Of a stretch of 64,000 bases of DNA, positions 10,006 through 17,931 are shown piece after piece. A program made the translations under genes and the position numbers. Position 1 is the stretch's first letter; every line of letters begins with the position of its first letter. Under the pieces are notes generated by a model. The model had not been told where the DNA came from and searched no databases. It worked only from the letters and a program-made list of their open reading frames with translations. The stretch comes from an uncultured virus (IMG/VR IMGVR_UViG_3300020477_000020) (taxonomy: Duplodnaviria; Heunggongvirae; Uroviricota; Caudoviricetes), in the IMG/VR virus record IMGVR_UViG_3300020477_000020. One strand, 5' to 3'.

Positions 10006-10439
10006 ATACCGACCTTAAACTTTTCCCAGGTAATAGCATTATTGATTTGATAACTTCGTATACTTAATGTCTTGATTACACTTTCAAGAAACTCAACCTT
10101 CTCCTTTAGATACTCTACTTTAAGATCCATTGCAGCTACATCTTTATCTGCTTCTACATGCATTGGTACATCTTGCTTGAGTATCTTTAATGGATTCTGA
10201 TCCCATCCAAGACTATCAAGATCCTCTTCAGACATAATACCCATATACCAAATAGCTTTATTCTTTTTTAGCAACTGAAGGTCCTTCTTTGCTTTTGTAT
10301 ATGATAGCCTCTCGTGACTGAAAAACTTATAGTACTTGTGGTGTAGCTGAGGGATTTTGATAGACTCTTCACCTAGCTCGGTCCTATCGATCTTGCTGTC
10401 GGCATCCCATTCATCCCAATAAAAGTCAAGTTTAGCCAT
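10002..10439 (-). CDS. uvsY: recombination mediator UvsY
   Basis: DSKID...ESIKIPQLHHKY...RSYQINNAITWEKF; upstream of uvsW. Confidence 0.92.
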   Translation of the reverse strand: MAKLDFYWDEWDADSKIDRTELGEESIKIPQLHHKYYKFFSHERLSYTKAKKDLQLLKKNKAIWYMGIMSEEDLDSLGWDQNPLKILKQDVPMHVEADKDVAAMDLKVEYLKEKVEFLESVIKTLSIRSYQINNAITWEKFKVGI

Positions 10440-10463
10440 AGTGTTCTCCTAACCACAACCCGC

Positions 10464-10492
10464 ATTATACTGCGGTCTGCGGGAGAGGTCAA
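10464..10492 (-). promoter_or_regulatory. sigma70-type (early/middle) promoter for the uvsY-uvsW-gp55-gp47-gp46 block
   Basis: TTGACC-N17-TATAAT on the minus strand, followed by an AGGAG RBS and the uvsY ATG. Confidence 0.8.
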
Positions 10493-10496
10493 CTCA

Positions 10497-11099
10497 TTAT
10501 TTGGTGATGAATGCTGATGTAGATACTTCGTCCCGTCCACCGGAGCCGAGATCAAATATTTTGAATTGTCTATATCGGAACGAAACCTGACACTCAATGT
10601 AGTTGACACTCGTTTCTTGTGTAGTGAATGTAATGTCAGAAAGGCTTACTGGATAAGCGTCTTCATAAAGGATTGACATATTAGGTTGCATTGCAGAGTT
10701 GGTAATCGTTAATGTAGCATCACTGAATGCTGCATTTTGATCGAGGGATAGTTTGGCATCCTCAGCTTTGTATATTTCTTTGGATTGTTGAAACGACTCT
10801 GGAAAACCTAACTGGATCATCCAATTGTATAACTCAAGGTAGTTCTTCATATCTTCATCAACCTTGAATGTGATAAACAGATCTCCATATCTTAGATGAT
10901 CACCAATCTGTGGTATCGATACAAATGGAGATGGTGTTTCCAAATCACCTAATTGAACTGAGGGTATGTTAGCAGACTGCAAGAAGTAGTTTGCATGTGG
11001 TATTTTTTGAATTGAGAAGTTGAAACCAAGCGGTGAAAGATAATTTGTATTATCTGGTTGGTTTGCTAATGCTCCTACATTTTCTGAAGAGACTGCCAT
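10497..11099 (-). CDS. gp3: tail completion / tail tube terminator gp3-like
   Basis: NYLSPLGFNF, ANIP, FKVDEDMKNYLELYNWM, SDATLTI, YPVSLS; position after gp23. Confidence 0.85.
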   Translation of the reverse strand: MAVSSENVGALANQPDNTNYLSPLGFNFSIQKIPHANYFLQSANIPSVQLGDLETPSPFVSIPQIGDHLRYGDLFITFKVDEDMKNYLELYNWMIQLGFPESFQQSKEIYKAEDAKLSLDQNAAFSDATLTITNSAMQPNMSILYEDAYPVSLSDITFTTQETSVNYIECQVSFRYRQFKIFDLGSGGRDEVSTSAFITK

Positions 11100-11314
11100 A
11101 TATCTACTGTCCTATAATCTGACTTCTTTGCAAAAGAGACTTGCACTTCATTTATTACTGCATCAATTTCCTCATGCCAAAAATTAAGGAACTTATGTAC
11201 CCGAGGTATCTCAGGAACAATGTCCTTTGTTTGCCAGATGAATTGATTAAGCACGTTATTGTAATCTGGCATCCAATAATAAACATGCACTGTTACCAAT
11301 TCTTTTACTATCAT
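11075..11314 (-). CDS. Usg-family protein (79 aa; start revised from the 11605 ORF)
   Basis: VYYWMPDYNNVLNQFIWQTKDIVPEIPRVHKFLNFWHEEIDAVINEV matches the recalled Usg pattern (Y..PD...LQ.++WQ..D+.P..P.+.KFL.FW). Confidence 0.75.
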   Translation of the reverse strand: MIVKELVTVHVYYWMPDYNNVLNQFIWQTKDIVPEIPRVHKFLNFWHEEIDAVINEVQVSFAKKSDYRTVDIWQSLQKM

Positions 11315-11319
11315 ATAGG

Positions 11320-11327
11320 TATTTATA
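11320..11327 (-). promoter_or_regulatory. T4-type late promoter
   Basis: TATAAATA immediately downstream of the gp23 terminator, 5 nt before the Usg-like ATG. Confidence 0.8.
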
Positions 11328-11328
11328 C

Positions 11329-11359
11329 AAAAAGAAAGGGGTGGTCCGAAGACCACCCC
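11329..11359 (-). terminator. rho-independent terminator after gp23 with C(UUCG)G tetraloop
   Basis: GGGGTGGTC-TTCG-GACCACCCC 9-bp stem followed by TTTCTTTTT. Confidence 0.92.
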
Positions 11360-11390
11360 CAAGTAGATTACCGCTACTTTCTTCTTCTTA

Positions 11391-12752
11391 TTACATGATG
11401 TTATCGACGACGATCTTACGATAGTACTCGTTAGAATCAGCACCAAGCGCGCCAGTAGCTGCAAGAGCAGTTGTACCTCTGGCAAATGGATTCTCGATGA
11501 CTCCATAACGAGTCTTGAATCCAATTTTTGGCTGGAAGGTGTCTTCACCAACCGCACGGACCATCTGTAGTGGTACGTATGGGCAGTAGAACAGACCAGC
11601 ATCAAAAGCGCTGGAGCCCTTATAACCGACGGTCATGTAGTTACCTGTCGTATAAGGATCAATGTAAACTCTAATTCTGCCGTTGAGAACACCAGCAAAT
11701 GTGTTGCCTGTGTCATCTACGCTCAGGTTGTTAGAGTTAAGTGCTGGAGCGTAATCAAGAACACCCGCCATCTGAAGTGCCGAAGCAACATCCGAAGAGC
11801 AGATGATCATGTTACCTTTGCCCCGACGAGTGCCTTTGGCAATACTGTTTGCCTCACGCTCGATCTGGAACATAAGCCCCTTGAATTTTTCAACCATCCA
11901 ACGACCGTTTGAGTCGGTGTCAAGGTCGAACTTACCGGCTGTGGTCGTGTCATCTTGGGCACCGACCTTAGCTACTACGTTAACTGTCCGGACAATCTCA
12001 CGGTTGATCTCAGCAAGGATCTCTGTGGAGAGAATGTTGGCCAGCTCGGACTCAGCGTCAAGACCGTGAATGGCTTTCAGGTCCTGTGCCAATTCCATTG
12101 TGTACTCAGCTTTGAGCGCTCTTGACTTTGCAGTCACAGCAATCTTCTCAATGCTGAATGCCATTTCTGGGAACGCATTACCGGAACCGTCACCAAGACG
12201 TTCAGCCTGAGCTGTCGTCATGCCAGCGGCAAAGTTGTACAGTTCGACGTTAGAAGCCGAGCTGTTCAAGTAACCGTTACCAACGAACGTACCAAGGTTC
12301 TGAGTAGCAGCGCCAACTGTTGCGTTGGTCGAGCTATCTTTGTCCAAGGAATGACCGGTATTAACTTCGTTATAGAATGTCTCTGTTCCAGACTGAGACG
12401 TAACCCTAGATCTCATGGCAAAGATAAGTCCGGTAGGACCAGTCATTGGCTGGACACCGCAAATATCATAAGCAACGAGGTTAGGCATTGCACGACGAAC
12501 CAGGCTGATAAGCACTGGGTCGTAAATGTCAACAGCACCGTCACCAGCTGTGGATGACGAAGCACCCATGGCGTTGGTTGGCGCCGCTTCGAGCAATGAC
12601 TGAGGATTAAAGCCCGCGGACTCTCTCAGAGCATTCTCTGTGTTTTCCAAAACAACAGCCGTTACATTGCGTTTGTGAACATCCTTAATTTCTTCGAGAT
12701 CAGGATGCTCAAGGATAGGCTGCCACTTTGCTTTTAGTTCTTCTGTAAGCAT
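11391..12752 (-). CDS. gp23: major capsid protein
   Basis: LISLVRRAMPNLVAYDICGVQPMTGPTGLIFAMR, SRALKAEYTMELAQDLKAIHGLDAE, FYCPYVPLQM, FQPKIGFKTRYG. Confidence 0.99.
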   Translation of the reverse strand: MLTEELKAKWQPILEHPDLEEIKDVHKRNVTAVVLENTENALRESAGFNPQSLLEAAPTNAMGASSSTAGDGAVDIYDPVLISLVRRAMPNLVAYDICGVQPMTGPTGLIFAMRSRVTSQSGTETFYNEVNTGHSLDKDSSTNATVGAATQNLGTFVGNGYLNSSASNVELYNFAAGMTTAQAERLGDGSGNAFPEMAFSIEKIAVTAKSRALKAEYTMELAQDLKAIHGLDAESELANILSTEILAEINREIVRTVNVVAKVGAQDDTTTAGKFDLDTDSNGRWMVEKFKGLMFQIEREANSIAKGTRRGKGNMIICSSDVASALQMAGVLDYAPALNSNNLSVDDTGNTFAGVLNGRIRVYIDPYTTGNYMTVGYKGSSAFDAGLFYCPYVPLQMVRAVGEDTFQPKIGFKTRYGVIENPFARGTTALAATGALGADSNEYYRKIVVDNIM

Positions 12753-12777
12753 GTTGCTAACTCCTTTGAATATATCT

Positions 12778-13884
12778 CTATTTCTTTAATGTTCTAGAGA
12801 TGGCTTGAGCATACGCAGCCATCGGTCCCGTACCAGTAGGTTCTGGTGTTTCAGGATCTACCTCTACAGGATCGTCGTCCAGATTATCTCTTGACTCAGA
12901 CACGGCTGTCTTAAAGTTGGCTTCCTTAATCACTTCCAACTTCTTCACGAAATCATCATATTCATCATAATCAACACTTTCGGCCAGTTCAGCAAACTCG
13001 TCCTGCTGCTTCAATGTCATCCCTTTCGAGATTTCAGTAACAGCAATGTAACGTGCTTGGTCTTCTACGGCCTTATTAAGCTGAATGATCATATCGGCAG
13101 ACTCTTCAAGCTGAGCATTAACTTCTTCAGCTTGTTCTTCGTATGCTGCAACAACATCAACTTGCTCATCATCAACTTCGATGTTGTGTTGCGCAAACAA
13201 CTCTTTCATACCTTCGATCATGCTGTCAGCCATTTCTACTTTAATAGCAGACTCGACAGCAATTTGGTTTTCCTGCATCCACTGCTCAGCAACATAATCC
13301 ATATAATCGGATACTTGCTCAGACAGTTCGGATCTAATTTGCTCACATTGTTCTGTGAGTTTTTCTTCATACTGCTCTTTAAGAGCTTCTTCCACAACAG
13401 TGGCTTTTGTATGAAGGGCTGCTTCAAATAGGGTTGCAGCTTCTTCGAAAAATTCTTCTGTAAGCCCTTCTTTATCAGCAAACAACGACTCAATGTCTTC
13501 TTTGACTTTCATCGGTGCCATTGAATGTAGCTTCATTGGGGCTTTTGCGTCTCCCTTTGCGGAAATGCTAGCCATGTTACCACCCTGAGAAACCATTTTC
13601 TCATAAGTGTTCTTGGCTTGACCTGGCGTCATAGAAGCAAAGGCGTCAACCACCTTTTGAATAACTCCCGTCTTACCAAGTTTTTCCATTGGCATTGCGT
13701 TTTTCTTATCGGCTTTACGAGCAGACGAACCAGTGGAGATTGGATCGGGCACACTAGAGGCCTCACCGGAAGCCTGAAACTCGACAAGCTCTTCCTCGTT
13801 CTGATTCTCTACGTCGTCAGCGGCCTCAAGAGTTTCATCGACAACTTCGTCGACTTGCTCTTTAATAACTTTTTTTCTGGCCAT
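12778..13884 (-). CDS. gp22: prohead core scaffold protein
   Basis: Acidic coiled coil, AATLFEAA, DYMDYVAEQWMQEN, C-terminal MAAYAQAI; upstream of gp23. Confidence 0.92.
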   Translation of the reverse strand: MARKKVIKEQVDEVVDETLEAADDVENQNEEELVEFQASGEASSVPDPISTGSSARKADKKNAMPMEKLGKTGVIQKVVDAFASMTPGQAKNTYEKMVSQGGNMASISAKGDAKAPMKLHSMAPMKVKEDIESLFADKEGLTEEFFEEAATLFEAALHTKATVVEEALKEQYEEKLTEQCEQIRSELSEQVSDYMDYVAEQWMQENQIAVESAIKVEMADSMIEGMKELFAQHNIEVDDEQVDVVAAYEEQAEEVNAQLEESADMIIQLNKAVEDQARYIAVTEISKGMTLKQQDEFAELAESVDYDEYDDFVKKLEVIKEANFKTAVSESRDNLDDDPVEVDPETPEPTGTGPMAAYAQAISRTLKK

Positions 13885-13912
13885 CTCGTGACTCCTTATG
13901 GTTCGGTATGTT

Positions 13913-13920
13913 TATTTATA
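13913..13920 (-). promoter_or_regulatory. T4-type late promoter
   Basis: TATAAATA upstream of the gp22 RBS (AAGGAG). Confidence 0.85.
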
Positions 13921-13933
13921 ATATATAATAACT

Positions 13934-14590
13934 CTATAGGGTCTTCAAAAACTTGTCAAACACTTGTAAGGTCTGTTCTTGAAGCCTTTTGTAGTCTTTA
14001 TCACCTAATTTTTTGATGTTTTCGACAACTTCCATTGCACGATAGCTTCCAGAAGCTGCGTCATACACCCAATCAACATCCTCCATTACACCGTTAACAA
14101 ATGCTTGTGGTGCGGAAGGATCAGCAACGATATCAGCTGCTGTAGACAGCTGAAAATCGTCTTGGACGACTTGACAGCCTCCTCTTTCACGAAGAGTGCC
14201 CATACCGCGGGAAGAAACTCCCAACTGCGCACCTTCGTCAATGAGATTCTTTACAATATTTCCGTATGGGGTATCAAGGATCTTTGCTCGACCAATGATA
14301 TTGGTTCCGTCTTCGGAAAGTGATTTAATCATATGGGAGACTCTCTCTAGGTTGATTGTCGGTCCATTTGGATGACCAAGCTCACCATATGCTCTGTTCT
14401 TTTGAATGTACTGTTCGTTATACCTATTGACTTCTTTTCTCATTGTCTCCATTGGATACATTCTACCGTTGCGGTTAGTTATATCTGCTTGGAGAAAGAC
14501 ACCTTCAAGGAAATGACTCTTCTTGCCGGTTTCTTTGTCTTCGGTAATTTCAACCTGTACGTTTTCAATAAGTTCTGTTACTAGTTTCAT
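13934..14590 (-). CDS. gp21: prohead protease (start revised to MKLVTEL)
   Basis: LEGVFLQA, NRNGRMY, GELGHP, LGVSSRGMG, DIVADPSAP. Confidence 0.96.
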   Translation of the reverse strand: MKLVTELIENVQVEITEDKETGKKSHFLEGVFLQADITNRNGRMYPMETMRKEVNRYNEQYIQKNRAYGELGHPNGPTINLERVSHMIKSLSEDGTNIIGRAKILDTPYGNIVKNLIDEGAQLGVSSRGMGTLRERGGCQVVQDDFQLSTAADIVADPSAPQAFVNGVMEDVDWVYDAASGSYRAMEVVENIKKLGDKDYKRLQEQTLQVFDKFLKTL

Positions 14591-14991
14591 TAGCCTGTCC
14601 ATCCTGATGCTTTTTTGCATTCCAAAATGATGGTACCAGACGTTCCTCTGGTAACTACTTCAATGTCTGCTGATGTTGCTGTGGTGTTTGTTGCACTTGC
14701 TGTAATTAAACCAGCCGAGCCATCATAGTGGCCTGTGCCTACACATCTAAATGCTGCTGTATCTGACGATGCACCTTTGAACTCCAGTAGAACATCACCG
14801 GTGTTACCAGCTGCTGTACCCTGAGTAAGAGCCCACCAGATTCTTCTGATATCTACTTTAGCGCCATTAGCAAAAGCTCCCATAGCAGAGCCATCTAAGC
14901 CCGTGTTGTCGGCAGCTGTGTCGTTATCGATATCCATAATCACGGTGATTGCAGAATCTGTATCTCTTAGAGTTCTGGTTGCAAAAGCCAT
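14590..14991 (-). CDS. hypothetical virion/prohead protein (133 aa)
   Basis: Translationally coupled in the head operon; beta-rich, ends in TIILECKK. Confidence 0.6.
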   Translation of the reverse strand: MAFATRTLRDTDSAITVIMDIDNDTAADNTGLDGSAMGAFANGAKVDIRRIWWALTQGTAAGNTGDVLLEFKGASSDTAAFRCVGTGHYDGSAGLITASATNTTATSADIEVVTRGTSGTIILECKKASGWTG

Positions 14992-15452
14992 TAGTTCAAC
15001 TCCCTTACCCAGTTCATCAGGTGATCGTTAGTCAAACGATTCTCAGCAAACTTGCCCATGAACGCTTGTTTATTTTCGTCTGTAAGCGCTTCATAGAATT
15101 CACTGAGCTTGTCAACATCTTCCTGTGAAAGTTCTATTTCCGTTCCGTCCCCTAGTTGGAACGAATGTTCAATCTCTTCATAAGCTGCAACTGACTGCTC
15201 ATGTTCTTGATCAGCTATTCTAGCTTTCTTACTTTGCTTAGCGCCACTGAACACATCATCAGTACTGCTGCCAGCTCTCTGTTTAACAGGATAATCCGTT
15301 TTCTGGATTACGTGCTTATCTCTGAAGGCTTTCTCAGCTGGAGCTGCGGGATTGGTATAGTCATCCTGCTGACCTTGTCCTTGGCCAGGGGTAGGAACGA
15401 TATCAATCTTCTTCGTTGCCTTCTCCGTCATGAATTGTTTCATCGTCTTCAT
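14991..15452 (-). CDS. putative prohead core / internal protein (gp68-like position)
   Basis: Between gp20 and gp21; N-terminus MKTMKQFMTE resembles the T4 capsid-targeting sequence. Confidence 0.55.
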   Translation of the reverse strand: MKTMKQFMTEKATKKIDIVPTPGQGQGQQDDYTNPAAPAEKAFRDKHVIQKTDYPVKQRAGSSTDDVFSGAKQSKKARIADQEHEQSVAAYEEIEHSFQLGDGTEIELSQEDVDKLSEFYEALTDENKQAFMGKFAENRLTNDHLMNWVRELN

Positions 15453-15717
15453 TAGACTCTACCTCATCTTCTTCGTTATCTGTTTCAGCCTCCGCATCTG
15501 CCTCCAACTCTTCTTCGTCTTCGTCTTCTACTTCAGCTTCTTCTGGTTCTTCCGGCTCCACACCATTAATTGCATTTGCTACATTCATTCGTGCTTGATC
15601 TAGTTTATCAGCAACCTTGTCTGCCATGGCGGCGTCAAACATAGCATTAAATTCATTTGGTTTCTTGGCTGCAGCCGTATTAACCATGTCGTCGATTGTA
15701 AACTCCACATCAGCCAT
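15403..15717 (-). CDS. acidic prohead core protein (gp67-like)
   Basis: Directly after the portal gene, helical N-terminus with a Glu/Asp-rich tail. Confidence 0.65.
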   Translation of the reverse strand: MADVEFTIDDMVNTAAAKKPNEFNAMFDAAMADKVADKLDQARMNVANAINGVEPEEPEEAEVEDEDEEELEADAEAETDNEEDEVESNEDDETIHDGEGNEED

Positions 15718-15731
15718 AAATTATCTCCATT

Positions 15732-15739
15732 TATTTATA
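15732..15739 (-). promoter_or_regulatory. T4-type late promoter
   Basis: TATAAATA followed by a GGAG RBS and the ATG at 15717. Confidence 0.85.
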
Positions 15740-15745
15740 ATCCAT

Positions 15746-17317
15746 TTACCCTTGACCACCCAGATCACGCTCCATATCATCGGTCTGATCCGGTCCTTCA
15801 TCACCTGCATCGGCCATTGCTTGTCCAGCTGCGGCTTCAGCTTGTGCTTCAGCGTCCATTTGTTGCTGCATTTCTTCAACTTGATCTTCTGTTTGGTGAA
15901 GAATATGCTTTTTAACATACTCAGAACTAAAGTATTTACCAACATAGTTTTCAATGTTGCCTACAGCACTAATACGTTCATTCATAATGTCAAGGTTTTT
16001 CAATTCAGTAAAGTGGTTGTCTTGACGGAAATCATATGTTATGTTCTTCCGTATTTGAGACCACTCTTCAAACGTCATTAATCCTTTGATCAGCAATTGT
16101 CTTTCCATTGCTTTATCAAACAAATGACAGAATCTCATTCTTAATCTTTGTACAAACTTTTGGAACCTTACTTCATCTCTATTAATTTCTGTTGCACGAC
16201 CAAGAGACATGCCAGCATCAGGTTCTAACCTTGAAATTGGTACATTCAAGGATTTGTATAGTTTTCTTTGGAAGTAAAGAACATCATCCATTTCACCAAG
16301 GTTTTGTCCACCAGGTAGCGTTGTAATTTCTGTTCCTCGGCCACCCTCACGTCTTGGTAGCCAATAGTCTTCCAACATTGTCATAAATTTACGATCATCT
16401 CTGACGTCACCTGTTGCAGCATCATAGACAAGTCTATTCTTATGCTTGACCATCATATCTCTAAGATATTGTTCAGCCTTCATCTTAGGAAGGTTGCCAA
16501 CATCAATATAAAAGATACGGCGCTCAGGTGCTCTTGCTATTCTGTAAATGACCGTAGCATCTTCTAAGATGCGTAACTGGTTAAGAGGTTTGATAGCCTT
16601 GTGTAAATGAGATAGAACCATTCTATTATCTTCACTCATTACACCTGAGGTGCACTGAATGATTGTGTCAGATGCTATCTTGACACCTTGGTTCATACCT
16701 GCAGCTGTTGGGCTACCTCCAGGATATCCTGTAAATCCTTTTTCGTTAAACAAGTAGAACTCACTTTGGTCTCTTGTAACTTGGACTTGTGTTCCTGGTA
16801 CTCTTTCTTTCTTTGTGTTTCTGACTTTTTTGATCTTTCTAGGATCAATAAACCTCAACTCAAGGATTCCTCTTTCTACATCTTTTGGATCAATAATCAC
16901 ATGATAATGTAACCTACCATCAATGTACCACACACGAGCAATCTCATATGCTTTTTCATTGAACTCCAAAAGCTCAAGAATTGTATCAAACTCTTCTTTG
17001 AGGATCTTCTTGTTGCGGGCAGACAAGCCTTCTACGAGATCAAGATTGATATCGACTAGCCTGTCTTGTTCATCATATACAATGAACTCATGTACAATGT
17101 CATCGATAGCATTGTCACACTCTGGTGACATTGACATTCGACGATATCGTGTTACGAGTTCTGATTCAGTTCTTGTAGAACCTTCGAGATCGACATATGT
17201 GCCATACATGCCACCTTCTGTGACAACCTGGGCACCATCGTCGGAAATAGGAGGGGCAAAGGAAGCTGGAAGCTCCCTTTTACCCCTCGTAATAGTAAAT
17301 CCAAATAGTTCAGCCAT
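15746..17317 (-). CDS. gp20: portal vertex protein
   Basis: WYIDGRL, YRIARAPERRIFYIDVGNLPK, EDYWLPRREGGRGTEITTLPGGQNLG. Confidence 0.98.
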   Translation of the reverse strand: MAELFGFTITRGKRELPASFAPPISDDGAQVVTEGGMYGTYVDLEGSTRTESELVTRYRRMSMSPECDNAIDDIVHEFIVYDEQDRLVDINLDLVEGLSARNKKILKEEFDTILELLEFNEKAYEIARVWYIDGRLHYHVIIDPKDVERGILELRFIDPRKIKKVRNTKKERVPGTQVQVTRDQSEFYLFNEKGFTGYPGGSPTAAGMNQGVKIASDTIIQCTSGVMSEDNRMVLSHLHKAIKPLNQLRILEDATVIYRIARAPERRIFYIDVGNLPKMKAEQYLRDMMVKHKNRLVYDAATGDVRDDRKFMTMLEDYWLPRREGGRGTEITTLPGGQNLGEMDDVLYFQRKLYKSLNVPISRLEPDAGMSLGRATEINRDEVRFQKFVQRLRMRFCHLFDKAMERQLLIKGLMTFEEWSQIRKNITYDFRQDNHFTELKNLDIMNERISAVGNIENYVGKYFSSEYVKKHILHQTEDQVEEMQQQMDAEAQAEAAAGQAMADAGDEGPDQTDDMERDLGGQG

Positions 17318-17351
17318 GGATTCGTTTCACCTTTTTCAATTCAATAATGTA

Positions 17352-17903
17352 TTAATTTCCACCAGCGTTACCGGTAATACCTCCATCAACTTCCCACCAA
17401 TCGTATTGGAAGGTCACTGAGAATTCTTCAATCTGATCATTTGCATCCCATGCAACCTCAATTGGTGAGATTTCAATTGGGTAGATCCCGTTGAAAGTGT
17501 ATTGTCTAATCGGAACACCAGTTTTGCTAAACTGAACAACTTGAGCGTTTTCTTTGTACTGCAGTGGAGAAGCAGAACCAAACTTACGAAGGTTCCCAAG
17601 ATGAGAATTAATATTCTGCATCCATTCTTCCATTGAGTTACGAATCAGAAAATCTTCATCGTTGATAACTGTTACCGACCATTCTGCAAAAGTCCTATCA
17701 CCAGCAATCTTAATCTTCCTGCCGAAGTAAGGAACTTCGATAGTTCCAATACTAGAAGCTGGAATCTGAGACCCCTTCACCATAAATGGGATTTTGACAT
17801 CACCAGCCGCATTGACTGGGTTATTCATAATCACCTGGAATAGTGTAGGCCTGGCGCCGCCAAGAGCTAACTGTGATCTGATTTCGTTGATATTTAAAGC
17901 CAT
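17352..17903 (-). CDS. gp19: tail tube protein
   Basis: GGARPTLF, GRKIKIAGDRTFAEWSVTVINDEDF, IEEFSVTFQYDWW. Confidence 0.96.
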   Translation of the reverse strand: MALNINEIRSQLALGGARPTLFQVIMNNPVNAAGDVKIPFMVKGSQIPASSIGTIEVPYFGRKIKIAGDRTFAEWSVTVINDEDFLIRNSMEEWMQNINSHLGNLRKFGSASPLQYKENAQVVQFSKTGVPIRQYTFNGIYPIEISPIEVAWDANDQIEEFSVTFQYDWWEVDGGITGNAGGN

Positions 17904-17923
17904 CGTGCTCTCCTTCTACTATC

Positions 17924-17930
17924 TATTTAG
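17924..17930 (-). promoter_or_regulatory. late promoter variant (CTAAATA) upstream of gp19
   Basis: CTAAATA in the gp18-gp19 gap, before an AAGGAG RBS. Confidence 0.6.
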
Positions 17931-17931
17931 C

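Noticed and set aside
11315..11605. N-terminal part of the 176-aa ORF 11075..11605
   Set aside because: It overlaps gp23 and crosses its terminator; the real gene most likely starts at 11314
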